From a virus (taxonomy: Duplodnaviria; Caudoviricetes): a stretch of DNA of 25,314 nt. Positions 1-8,415 of this stretch are shown here, piece after piece. A program made the position numbers and the translations under genes. Each line of letters begins with the position of its first letter. Position 1 is the stretch's first letter. Below the pieces are notes generated by a model. It saw nothing but the letters and a program-made list of their open reading frames with translations. It searched no databases and was not told the origin of the DNA. The stretch is from positions 1-25,314 of IMG/VR virus record IMGVR_UViG_3300005805_008748, one strand, 5' to 3'.

Positions 1-354
1 GTGGATTATGCGGTCAGTATGTGGTCCTACATTCAAACAAAAGATTTACCTCTATCAAATTATATTTGGCACACGCACTCAAAATTAGATGGAGGTAGAA
101 CACAATTGAAAACTGATTACACATTTGTATTCTATGTGCAAATACCTCCCAACTTAAAAGATGGAGAGGGTGACTTATTAATAAAAGATAATGATAATTC
201 CATCCATACAATAACCCCAAGAGAAGGTGACATCATTTTTTTTCCAGGATGTTTATGGCATGTTCCAACACATACACCGACAGCAACTATTGACAGAATT
301 GTTATTGCAGGAAACATCACTTCAGAATTTTTATTAAATACCTCATTGATATAA
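1..354 (+). CDS. Putative 2OG-Fe(II) oxygenase (2OG-FeII_Oxy_5/TIGR02466-like), probably 5'-truncated by the window edge
   Basis: WHTH, FVFYVQIP, GDLLI, PREGDIIFFPGCLWHVP and RIVIAGNI match the HxH...H...R double-stranded beta-helix pattern. The ORF begins at base 1, so the true start is likely upstream. Confidence 0.75.
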   Translation: MDYAVSMWSYIQTKDLPLSNYIWHTHSKLDGGRTQLKTDYTFVFYVQIPPNLKDGEGDLLIKDNDNSIHTITPREGDIIFFPGCLWHVPTHTPTATIDRIVIAGNITSEFLLNTSLI

Positions 355-359
355 TAGAT

Positions 360-836
360 ATGATAATTTACAAACCAAATTTTCTAAGTAATTCCGAATG
401 TGAATATTATATTAATTTGTTCAAATCAAATGATATAGAATTTATGGAATGGATTCAAACGTATAATAAATTTGGTGATGATGATGTACTAAAATTTTAT
501 TATAACGATTTGACAGAAAATAAATTTGAAACCGATAAATTCCCAAATTACATTTTCAAAATATTGAGAATACAAATGGTGAACGAATCGATAGACCAAT
601 GTAAAGCTCCGCACACTCATGTAAATCCTTGGTCTTTCGTTATTTTTTTAAATGAAGATTTTATAGGAGGAGAACTATCTTTTGACAATGTTGAATATAA
701 ACCAAAAACAGGGGATATGGTTTATTTTTCAGGAGAAGAAAGACATAAACTCAACAATTGTGTTGGGGATAGATATACTCTTATTGGTGGGATGCAAAAT
801 AATCCTTTAAACATTAAAACAGGAAAATTAATTTGA
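360..836 (+). CDS. 2OG-Fe(II) oxygenase, prolyl-4-hydroxylase-like fold, HxH variant
   Basis: N-terminal NFLSNSECEY; PHTH, FVIFLNEDFIGGEL, KPKTGDMVYF, distal His (ERH), RYTL. Confidence 0.8.
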   Translation: MIIYKPNFLSNSECEYYINLFKSNDIEFMEWIQTYNKFGDDDVLKFYYNDLTENKFETDKFPNYIFKILRIQMVNESIDQCKAPHTHVNPWSFVIFLNEDFIGGELSFDNVEYKPKTGDMVYFSGEERHKLNNCVGDRYTLIGGMQNNPLNIKTGKLI

Positions 837-1092
837 ATGTATAATGATTGTTTACTACGAAAATTTTTTGAACTCGTTTGAGTGTGAGTATTTTGTAAAT
901 TTATATAAAATCGATAATGACCAATATTGTGATGATGATATTTACAAATTTTATTTTATAAATTTGATTGGACGAGAATTAATGACTGAAAAATTTTCAA
1001 CCTTTATATTTAAGAAATTTAGAGTTCAAATGCTCAACGAATCGATAAATCAGTCCATAACTCCACACCGGCATGTAAATCCTTGGTCTTTC
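618..1092 (+). repeat. 21-nt exact direct repeat CATGTAAATCCTTGGTCTTTC (618-638 and 1072-1092) within the duplicated oxygenases
   Basis: Read directly from the sequence; reflects the tandem gene duplication. Confidence 0.85.
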
Positions 1093-1290
1093 ATTATTTT
1101 TCTAAATGATAATTTTACAGGAGGTGAAGTAATTTTTGACAATATAAGCTATACCCCCAAAACAGGAGATATGATTTATTTTTCAGGTGAAGAAAACCAC
1201 AAAGTTAATAATTGTATTGGAAATAGATATACATTAGTTGGATTTATGCACAATAACCCGATGAATGTAAAAAAAAATACTCTCATATGA
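844..1290 (+). CDS. 2OG-Fe(II) oxygenase, tandem paralog of 360..836
   Basis: PHRHVNPWSFIIFLNDNFTGGEV, PKTGDMIYFSGEENH, RYTL; colinear with the preceding gene. Confidence 0.8.
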   Translation: MIVYYENFLNSFECEYFVNLYKIDNDQYCDDDIYKFYFINLIGRELMTEKFSTFIFKKFRVQMLNESINQSITPHRHVNPWSFIIFLNDNFTGGEVIFDNISYTPKTGDMIYFSGEENHKVNNCIGNRYTLVGFMHNNPMNVKKNTLI

Positions 1291-2111
1291 AAAAAAAACT
1301 TCTAATTACAATGGGATGTTCTTTTACAGAGGGGGTAGGATGTTATGACCCTGAAGTTGTCTCATACAAAGTTGGTAACAAAACAAAGTATAAAAAAACC
1401 GAAGAAGTTTATTATATTAGTAAAGAAAGATTTCACAAATATTCTTGGCCCTCACATCTTCAAAAACAACTTAATTATGATATTTTAATCAACTTAGGGT
1501 TTGGCGGTTCATCGACCTCGGGTAATGTAAAAGTTTGGTTTGAAAAATATTATGATAAAAATTTTTCTGACGAGTTTGATGTTTTACTTCTTTGGTTATT
1601 ACCGTCTCCAACTAGATTTTCATTCTACAGAGATTCGACCGTGATGAATATAAATCCAGTAATGGAAAAAAACAGTTACAATGTTTATAGCTATGACATC
1701 GGAAGAGAATATTTAAAATTCATAAATAATTTGGATATGGATCCAATTCTTGAACAAATATTTTATGTCAAAATTATGGAAGAACACTGTATTTCTAAAA
1801 AATACAACTTTCTATATACTCCAATTGATTACCGTCAAAATACTTTTTTTGAAAAATTTCACAATATAAATAATATGATGAAGTTTAATCAATCTATTTT
1901 TCCAAACTTGGTAGAAAATCCAAACATGAAATCATTAGTTTGTGACCATCCAAATGAACTTGGTTATCAATTTATCTCAGATAATTTATATAACTGGATT
2001 AAAACAAATAACCCAGAATTAATTTCAGATAAGACACCGAACAGTTTTGAATCAAAATGGGATGGTTATCCAATACTTGATAACTTAAGTAAAGTAAAAT
2101 TACCTATCTGA
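1287..2111 (+). CDS. SGNH/GDSL-like hydrolase or acyltransferase
   Basis: Block I GCSFTEG, SWP, block II NLGFGGSS, C-terminal DHPNELGY; ATGA overlap with the upstream gene. Confidence 0.7.
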   Translation: MKKKLLITMGCSFTEGVGCYDPEVVSYKVGNKTKYKKTEEVYYISKERFHKYSWPSHLQKQLNYDILINLGFGGSSTSGNVKVWFEKYYDKNFSDEFDVLLLWLLPSPTRFSFYRDSTVMNINPVMEKNSYNVYSYDIGREYLKFINNLDMDPILEQIFYVKIMEEHCISKKYNFLYTPIDYRQNTFFEKFHNINNMMKFNQSIFPNLVENPNMKSLVCDHPNELGYQFISDNLYNWIKTNNPELISDKTPNSFESKWDGYPILDNLSKVKLPI

Positions 2112-2149
2112 TGATGATAAAATCAAAAACTATACTAATATTGTAATAG

Positions 2150-3199
2150 ATGAATTCCGAAATTGATTTAAAAAAATATTTTTGTGCGGTACCATTTAAA
2201 AACTTAGAGATTCACACTAATGTCTGTTTTGCATGCTGTCCATCTTGGCTTCCAAACAAAATAGAAACATCAGAAATCCCATTAAAAGAAGTTTGGAACA
2301 GTGACCCGATGATTGACATTCGAGATTCAATAATTGACGGTTCGTTTAAATACTGTGATAGAGAATTATGCCCATATTTGAGTAAACTTATCAACTTTGG
2401 TGAGACATCTGGCCCCCTACAATTAAAATCCGAATCAAGTCCTAAATCACCAGTTTTGAGTGAAGGCCCAAAAGTATTAGTAATGAATTTTGACAGGACT
2501 TGTAATTACAAATGCCCATCTTGTAGAGTAGATTTGATTGTAGAGGATAAAAAAGGGATACAACGAGTAGAAAAAACAATAGAAGAGATAGATTCTTTCT
2601 ACTCCAAAGACGTTAAGACATTGTATATAACAGGTTCAGGGGATCCATTTATATCCGTAGGCTTCAGAAACTATTTGAGAAATTTTGACCCCAAGAAATA
2701 TCCCAAACTAAAGTCAATTCACTTTCACACTAATGCTTCAATGTGGAATAAGGAAATGTGGGAGAGTATGCCAAATGTCCACAAATACGTTAAAAGTTGT
2801 GAAATTAGTATAGACGCAGCAACAAAAGATACTTACGAAAACAAAACAAGATTAGGAGGTAAATGGGATAACCTAATAGAAAATTTGAATTTCATAAATA
2901 CAATACCAAGTTTAAAACATGTCAAAACATCATTTGTAGTACAAGATTCGAACTACAGGGAAATGGAATTATTTTATAATATAATGTATTCAATTTTTGG
3001 AAAAAAGGTTGGGGTGTTTTTTGGTAAAATAACTAATTGGGGTACTTTCGGTGAGGATGAATTTAAATCGAAACAAGTGTGGGATATTTCACATCCTGAA
3101 CATGAATTATTCAAAGAGGAATTCAATAAAATTAGTAAGAACAAATATATGTTCCATAACTTACACGAATTTACTGATAAAACCAAAACTTTGATTTAA
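2150..3199 (+). CDS. Radical SAM protein with N-terminal SPASM/twitch-like Cys-rich domain
   Basis: CNYKCPSC (CxxxCxxC), GSGDPF, HTNAS, ISIDAA; N-terminal CAVPF...CFACC...EVWNS...IR...CDRELC. Confidence 0.88.
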   Translation: MNSEIDLKKYFCAVPFKNLEIHTNVCFACCPSWLPNKIETSEIPLKEVWNSDPMIDIRDSIIDGSFKYCDRELCPYLSKLINFGETSGPLQLKSESSPKSPVLSEGPKVLVMNFDRTCNYKCPSCRVDLIVEDKKGIQRVEKTIEEIDSFYSKDVKTLYITGSGDPFISVGFRNYLRNFDPKKYPKLKSIHFHTNASMWNKEMWESMPNVHKYVKSCEISIDAATKDTYENKTRLGGKWDNLIENLNFINTIPSLKHVKTSFVVQDSNYREMELFYNIMYSIFGKKVGVFFGKITNWGTFGEDEFKSKQVWDISHPEHELFKEEFNKISKNKYMFHNLHEFTDKTKTLI

Positions 3200-3759
3200 T
3201 GAAAATATTAGTTTTATCTCATACTAGATGTGGTTCTACTACCTTATGTAAATGGATTTCGAGGGAGATGAACATTGAGTTGGATGAAACTCCATATAAT
3301 AAAAAAACTTTCTACTCAATTTTCGATAAGAAAGACATAGTTAGAAAAATAGTCATAGAGGAATTCACACCACCAAACCATGTAATTCTCAAATTTGATA
3401 AAGTAATTTGTTTAACACGTGATAATAGTATCGAAACCGCCATAAGTTTTATCATGGCAAAAAAAAGTGATAAATGGCATGTCGAATATGATGTTACTAA
3501 TGATTGGATTATTGAAAATAAAAATGAAATAATACGGAGGAAAAATTGGTATGATACTATGAAGTCAACCCTGAAAAAATTTGATGTATTACAAATAAAG
3601 TATGAAAACATATATATCAGTAAAACAGATTTAAAATTATTAATTGATTATTTGAATATTGAAAACCCTCTTCATTTAGATATGTTTGATTACAATAAGA
3701 AATATAGAAAAGATACATACCAATTAGTTCATGATTTTGAAAGAAAAAATATTATTTAG
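3199..3759 (+). CDS. Sulfotransferase-like protein (Stf0-like)
   Basis: 5'-PSB-like loop SHTRCGSTTL at the N-terminus, 3'-PB-like LTRDNSIETAIS, later YENI. Confidence 0.7.
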   Translation: MKILVLSHTRCGSTTLCKWISREMNIELDETPYNKKTFYSIFDKKDIVRKIVIEEFTPPNHVILKFDKVICLTRDNSIETAISFIMAKKSDKWHVEYDVTNDWIIENKNEIIRRKNWYDTMKSTLKKFDVLQIKYENIYISKTDLKLLIDYLNIENPLHLDMFDYNKKYRKDTYQLVHDFERKNII

Positions 3760-4228
3760 TGAGAAGGAATGTCAGTCTATAATTTGGGACGAAACCAAAA
3801 ATATAAATAATCATTCCTATGTAAGTGATAGAAAATACAACTCACAACCAATAAACTATAATGAAGATACTAAATGGATATTTGAAAAACTTTCTGAGTT
3901 TTTTCAAGAAGAAACTAAATTAAAAATTACTACAATAAAAAATAAAATCCATTTTCATAAATTTGTTTCAGGAGATTGGTTTGGGAAACACAATGACGCA
4001 ATTGACAACAGAGTGTATGCCGTTGGAGTTCTACTGAATGAAAATTTTAAGGGAGGCGACTTCAAGTTATATAATCCCAACGAGTACACATTGAATAAAA
4101 CCGTTGGCAACGCTTACATATTTGAAGTAAATATAGACCATGAAATCACACCAATTTTAAGTGGTGAAAGGTATTCTTTGTTATGGTTTTTACAGAAAGA
4201 TAATTTGATTACAAAAACAATAATTTAA
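3731..4228 (+). CDS. 2OG-Fe(II) oxygenase (P4H/PKHD-like)
   Basis: Canonical HND (HxD), LLNENFKGGDF, HEITPILSGERYSL. Confidence 0.85.
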   Translation: MILKEKILFSEKECQSIIWDETKNINNHSYVSDRKYNSQPINYNEDTKWIFEKLSEFFQEETKLKITTIKNKIHFHKFVSGDWFGKHNDAIDNRVYAVGVLLNENFKGGDFKLYNPNEYTLNKTVGNAYIFEVNIDHEITPILSGERYSLLWFLQKDNLITKTII

Positions 4229-5395
4229 ATGGAAACAGATTTTTGGTTTACAGATATATTCAAAGGTTCAGGTATTCAAGAAATGCTTGAAAAGATAGAT
4301 ACAAACATCACATTCAAGAATGTTGATACTGATGTAATCGATTCAAACAAATTGAACCTATTAGTTTTTGTTTGGGAAACCAGTCCGAAGCTTCCATACA
4401 CAACATACACAACTTCAGATGAATTTATACATTTATTAAAAAAACTTCAAGATGAAAAGTTTTACTTCATGGCAGATTTTTCAAGAGAGGCTCATAACAG
4501 AGTAGACGATTTAAGTTTGTCTTTTTTAAATAAATTAAAATCAAATGAAATAGATATCAACCGATTAGTTCTTGTAAAAAATGATTCCTCAAAAATCGGT
4601 TTGCACAAAATGAAATATGAGAATTTTACATTAAACACATTTTTTTTCCCTCACTTTTTCTTATCAACATATAACCACCTCAAACAATATATTAACCCCG
4701 AAAACGAAAGAACAAAAATAGAACCAGATAAAAAATTTCTTTGTTTAAATCGGAGGGTATTTTACCACAAATATCAAATTATTGAAGAGTTGTTCAAAAG
4801 GAATTTATTAGATGAAACACGCCTCACTTGGGTAGATAATTACACCCCTCTCAAAATGATTGATTTAGATTTGGCGTATAAACTAAAATTAAATGGTCTC
4901 GAGTTCAAATCCATACAATTAGAAGGTGATGTAATGTACGGTAGTAGACTATCATATCACGACGAATTCTTGTTTACAATTAATCCAGATTGGTATTACA
5001 AGAGTAAAGTAGATATAATTACTGAAACCATGTTATATGACGAGGCGATACATATCACCGAGAAAACTTACAAATCAATTTATTTAGGATTACCGTTTGT
5101 TGTATCCGCGACTAAAGGGCACCTGAAACATTTACGAGATATGGGTTTCGAAACTTTTAATTCAATCATCAATGAAGATTATGATAATATAAATGGTAAA
5201 AATAAAGTAAAACATGTTGTAGATGCCGCTATCGAGTTATCAAATGTATATGATAGCCCTGAAGTATTAGAAATATGCAAGTTTAATAAAGAATTATATT
5301 TTGCCCCTGAATTTCGTAAGAAAATTTGTAAAGAACTTTTCTTAGACAAATTACATGAAATCGTAAAAAAATCACATCCTAATTCATTAATTTAA
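4229..5395 (+). CDS. Glycosyltransferase-like protein (ETxx...TEKT...PF...GF...YD family)
   Basis: KKFLCLNRR, IITET, ITEKTYKSI, LPFVV, LRDMGFETF, EDYD. The C-terminal half recalls the GT10-like donor-binding motif. Paralog of 13938..15128. Function is inferred. Confidence 0.5.
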   Translation: METDFWFTDIFKGSGIQEMLEKIDTNITFKNVDTDVIDSNKLNLLVFVWETSPKLPYTTYTTSDEFIHLLKKLQDEKFYFMADFSREAHNRVDDLSLSFLNKLKSNEIDINRLVLVKNDSSKIGLHKMKYENFTLNTFFFPHFFLSTYNHLKQYINPENERTKIEPDKKFLCLNRRVFYHKYQIIEELFKRNLLDETRLTWVDNYTPLKMIDLDLAYKLKLNGLEFKSIQLEGDVMYGSRLSYHDEFLFTINPDWYYKSKVDIITETMLYDEAIHITEKTYKSIYLGLPFVVSATKGHLKHLRDMGFETFNSIINEDYDNINGKNKVKHVVDAAIELSNVYDSPEVLEICKFNKELYFAPEFRKKICKELFLDKLHEIVKKSHPNSLI

Positions 5396-5399
5396 ATTT

Positions 5400-6212
5400 A
5401 TGGAATCATTAAAATACTGGTCACCTAATGAATTTGAGATTTCATCTTTAAGATACAAACTCAATGGTCAACGAAGAGTTAAAGAATTCAGGTCTCCAAC
5501 AAGTACTAAGCCTAAATCTTGCACTTACACTTATAATGATTTGGGATATAGAGGTGATTTAATCCATAAAAAAGGATTCAGAATAATGTCCATTGGATGT
5601 TCTCTTACCGAAGGTGTTGGGATTAATGACAATGAAACATGGCCCCACCAATTTACAAAAATGGTTCCGAATGGTGTGGATTTAAATTTTGGATGTGGAG
5701 GTAGAAGTAATGATTATATTAGTAGATGTCTATTAACTTACTTCGATTTAGTTAAACCTGACTTAGTTCTAATAATGTATACTTCACCAGAGAGACGGGA
5801 GGTATATACTAAAAACAATGGCGTAAAACCATTTATGCCACCTTGTTGGGGGTATTTAAGAGATACTGAAGAAGGTAAACAAATATGTAATCAGTTAATA
5901 GAGGTACAAAATGATTGTGCTGACCATCTAAATTGGTATAAAAATCATCTATTAATTAAATTATTTTTGGAGTCCAAAAAATGTAATTGGATTTGGAATG
6001 GGTCTTTCAGAATACCAAAAGAATATCAAGAAAATAATAGATTTGATGGTGACTATTTTATTCATCCATTTTTAGATTTGGGAGCAGACGAATCTCATCC
6101 AGGACCAAAACACAATAAAGAATATGTATCCAAGTTAATAACTCATATTGAAATAAATTTTCCTCATTACTTATCAAATGATAATAATTCTCACAATCAA
6201 AAATTATTATAA
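5400..6212 (+). CDS. SGNH-like hydrolase or acyltransferase, paralog 1 of 3
   Basis: YNDLGYRG, GCSLTEGVG, TWP, NFGCGGRSND, DESHPGP (DxxH). Confidence 0.72.
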   Translation: MESLKYWSPNEFEISSLRYKLNGQRRVKEFRSPTSTKPKSCTYTYNDLGYRGDLIHKKGFRIMSIGCSLTEGVGINDNETWPHQFTKMVPNGVDLNFGCGGRSNDYISRCLLTYFDLVKPDLVLIMYTSPERREVYTKNNGVKPFMPPCWGYLRDTEEGKQICNQLIEVQNDCADHLNWYKNHLLIKLFLESKKCNWIWNGSFRIPKEYQENNRFDGDYFIHPFLDLGADESHPGPKHNKEYVSKLITHIEINFPHYLSNDNNSHNQKLL

Positions 6213-6215
6213 CTT

Positions 6216-7004
6216 ATGGACTTTTTAAAATATTGGAAACCTGAAACATTTGAAATTTCTTCATACAAGTATCAACTTGAGGGAAGAAAACATAAAACCT
6301 TCACTACATCAGGTAGTGATAACACTGGATTATGTACATACACATATAATGAATTAGGATTTAGAGGTGATTCGATAAATAAAGAAGGATTCAAAGTAAT
6401 GTCAATCGGATGTTCCTTGACAGAGGGAGTTGGCGTAAATGATGATAAAACTTGGCCCCACCAATTTACTCAATTGATTCCTAATGGGGTCAACTTGAAT
6501 TTCGGATGTGGTGGTAGAAGTAATGATTACATATGCAGATCTCTAATTACCTATTATGACATTATCAATCCTGATTTAGTGTTAATTATGTATACCTCTC
6601 CACAACGACGTGAAATATACACAGAAAATGGTGGAATTGAACCATTCATTCCAACAATATCTTGGGGGTATTTAAGAGAGACTAAACAAGGAGAAAGGAT
6701 ACAAAACTTAATGATAGAATTACAAAACGAAAATCAGGATTTTATTAATTGGTATAAAAATCATCAACTTATCAAGTTGTTTTTAAAATCTAAAAATTGT
6801 AATTGGTTATGGAATGGGTCTTTCGACATACCAAAAAGTTATATAGAAATCAATAGATTTGACGGTGATTATCTCAGTCAACCATTAATCGATTATGGTG
6901 TTGAAGGATCTCATCCTGGTCCTTTACATAATAAACAGTATTCCAACAAATTACTTAATCATATACAAATTAATTTTTCTAATTATTTACCGAGTATTTC
7001 ATGA
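6216..7004 (+). CDS. SGNH-like hydrolase or acyltransferase, paralog 2 of 3
   Basis: YNELGFRG, GCSLTEGVG, NFGCGGRSND, EGSHPGP. Confidence 0.72.
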   Translation: MDFLKYWKPETFEISSYKYQLEGRKHKTFTTSGSDNTGLCTYTYNELGFRGDSINKEGFKVMSIGCSLTEGVGVNDDKTWPHQFTQLIPNGVNLNFGCGGRSNDYICRSLITYYDIINPDLVLIMYTSPQRREIYTENGGIEPFIPTISWGYLRETKQGERIQNLMIELQNENQDFINWYKNHQLIKLFLKSKNCNWLWNGSFDIPKSYIEINRFDGDYLSQPLIDYGVEGSHPGPLHNKQYSNKLLNHIQINFSNYLPSIS

Positions 7005-7612
7005 AAAGAACAAAATTTGTAATTGGATTACACACTTCTATGGAATTCTTGGAAGAAGCTAAAAATGATAAATCATTGACGGTTTTTGCATTTGAACCTA
7101 ACAAAGATTTAGTTTCCAAAATTTATAATGAATTTGAAATCCCTCAGAATTATGTAATAATTGATAAAGCAGTTTCAAATATTAATGGTAAAGTACCTTT
7201 TTATATTTGTTCCTTAGATTCATGTTCAAGCTTAATGAATTGGGGTAATGGGCCAAAGTTAGGTAAAATGAGATCAGTTGAGGTTGAATGTATAAGAATG
7301 GATAATTTTATAGAAAATTATGAGATTGAAAACATAGAATTTGTAATAATTGATACACAAGGAAATGATCTCAATGTCTTGTACGGTTTTGGAGAAAAAT
7401 TCAAAATTGTAGAAAAAGGAATATGTGAAAGTCTTTCTAAAGAAACAAATTGGAAACTTTATGAAAATCAACCTTCATTCTTGGACTTTGCTAAATTTTT
7501 TAAAAAAAATAATTATTCAATATCATGGGATTGGAATTGGGGAGGAGCGATACAATTCAACGAAATAAATATCAAATTCGAAAAATCGAAAAAATTAAAT
7601 AAGTTAATATAA
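7001..7612 (+). CDS. FkbM-family methyltransferase with degenerate motif I
   Basis: VFAFEPN, KAVSN, CSSL, VECIRMDNFI and IDTQGNDLNVL are FkbM-type motifs. Confidence 0.75.
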   Translation: MKRTKFVIGLHTSMEFLEEAKNDKSLTVFAFEPNKDLVSKIYNEFEIPQNYVIIDKAVSNINGKVPFYICSLDSCSSLMNWGNGPKLGKMRSVEVECIRMDNFIENYEIENIEFVIIDTQGNDLNVLYGFGEKFKIVEKGICESLSKETNWKLYENQPSFLDFAKFFKKNNYSISWDWNWGGAIQFNEINIKFEKSKKLNKLI

Positions 7613-7614
7613 TT

Positions 7615-8415
7615 GTGAATGCTTTAAAATTTTGGTCTCCGAACGATTTTGAATTTTCTTCTTTGAGAAGTTCACTTACAAGGAAGAAAATTAAACTTGG
7701 AACCGACGAAACTGGATTATGTACTTACACCTACAATGAATTGGGTTTTCGAGGGGACTCGATTTATAAAAAAGGTTTCAGAGTAATGTCAATTGGTTGT
7801 TCAAATACCGAGGGAGTTGGTGTAAATGATAATGAAACATGGCCTCATCAATTCAAAAAGTTAATCCTGAATAGTGTTGATATGAATTTGGGGGCTTCGG
7901 GCAGAAGTAATGATTATATATGTAGATGTCTTATAAGTTATTATGATTTGATTCAGCCTGATTTAGTTTTAATCATGTATACTTCTCCAATACGCAGAGA
8001 GTTTTACACTAAAAATATGGGTGTAAAACCATTTATACCAGAAAGTTCTTGGAACTATCTTAAAGAAACTGAAGAGGGTAGAAAAATTCAAAATAATTTG
8101 ACAGAGATTCAAAATGATAATGAAGATTTGATGAATTGGTATAAAAATCATCTAATAATAAAATTATTTTTAGAGTCTAAAAAATGTAATTGGTTATGGA
8201 ATGGTTGTTTCAATATCCCCAATGAGTATCAGGAATTCAACAGATTTGACGGTGAATATTTTATTCACCCCTTCATAGATTATGGCACAGACGGAGGTCA
8301 TCCTGGCCCTATACACAATAAAATATACAGTGAAAAACTATTCAAACATATAGAGACAAACTTTCCAAACTATTTACCTAATGAAACTCAAACTTATGAA
8401 AGTAAATTAATTTAA
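7615..8415 (+). CDS. SGNH-like hydrolase or acyltransferase, paralog 3 of 3 (GTG start)
   Basis: YNELGFRG, GCSNTEGVG, NLGASGRSND, DGGHPGP. The N-terminus aligns with the other two paralogs, supporting the GTG start. Confidence 0.72.
   Translation: MNALKFWSPNDFEFSSLRSSLTRKKIKLGTDETGLCTYTYNELGFRGDSIYKKGFRVMSIGCSNTEGVGVNDNETWPHQFKKLILNSVDMNLGASGRSNDYICRCLISYYDLIQPDLVLIMYTSPIRREFYTKNMGVKPFIPESSWNYLKETEEGRKIQNNLTEIQNDNEDLMNWYKNHLIIKLFLESKKCNWLWNGCFNIPNEYQEFNRFDGEYFIHPFIDYGTDGGHPGPIHNKIYSEKLFKHIETNFPNYLPNETQTYESKLI

Noticed and set aside
1269-1298. A9 tracts as phase-variation sites
   Set aside because: They are in-frame Lys codons, expected at this AT content, and no frameshifted gene is seen.
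2112-2149. Possible promoter in the 38-nt gap (also 12158-12188)
   Set aside because: TATA-like words are ubiquitous at this AT content and I found no motif shared between the gaps.
1-8415. C-terminal tail as a peroxisomal PTS1, CaaX or ssrA signal
   Set aside because: The ends are [LI][LI], not SKL or LAA, have no Cys at -4, and the gene organisation is prokaryotic.
1-8415. C-terminal LI as only a by-product of AT-rich initiation regions of the next gene
   Set aside because: It persists at a convergent end and inside an overlap, uses varied codons, and is rare among equally packed - strand genes. It is not fully excluded without a genome-wide null.
5400-8415. Repeated DNA segments as CRISPR or DGR template/variable repeats
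   Set aside because: The repeats are coding paralogy without regular spacing, differences are not adenine-specific, and no reverse transcriptase or cas gene is present.
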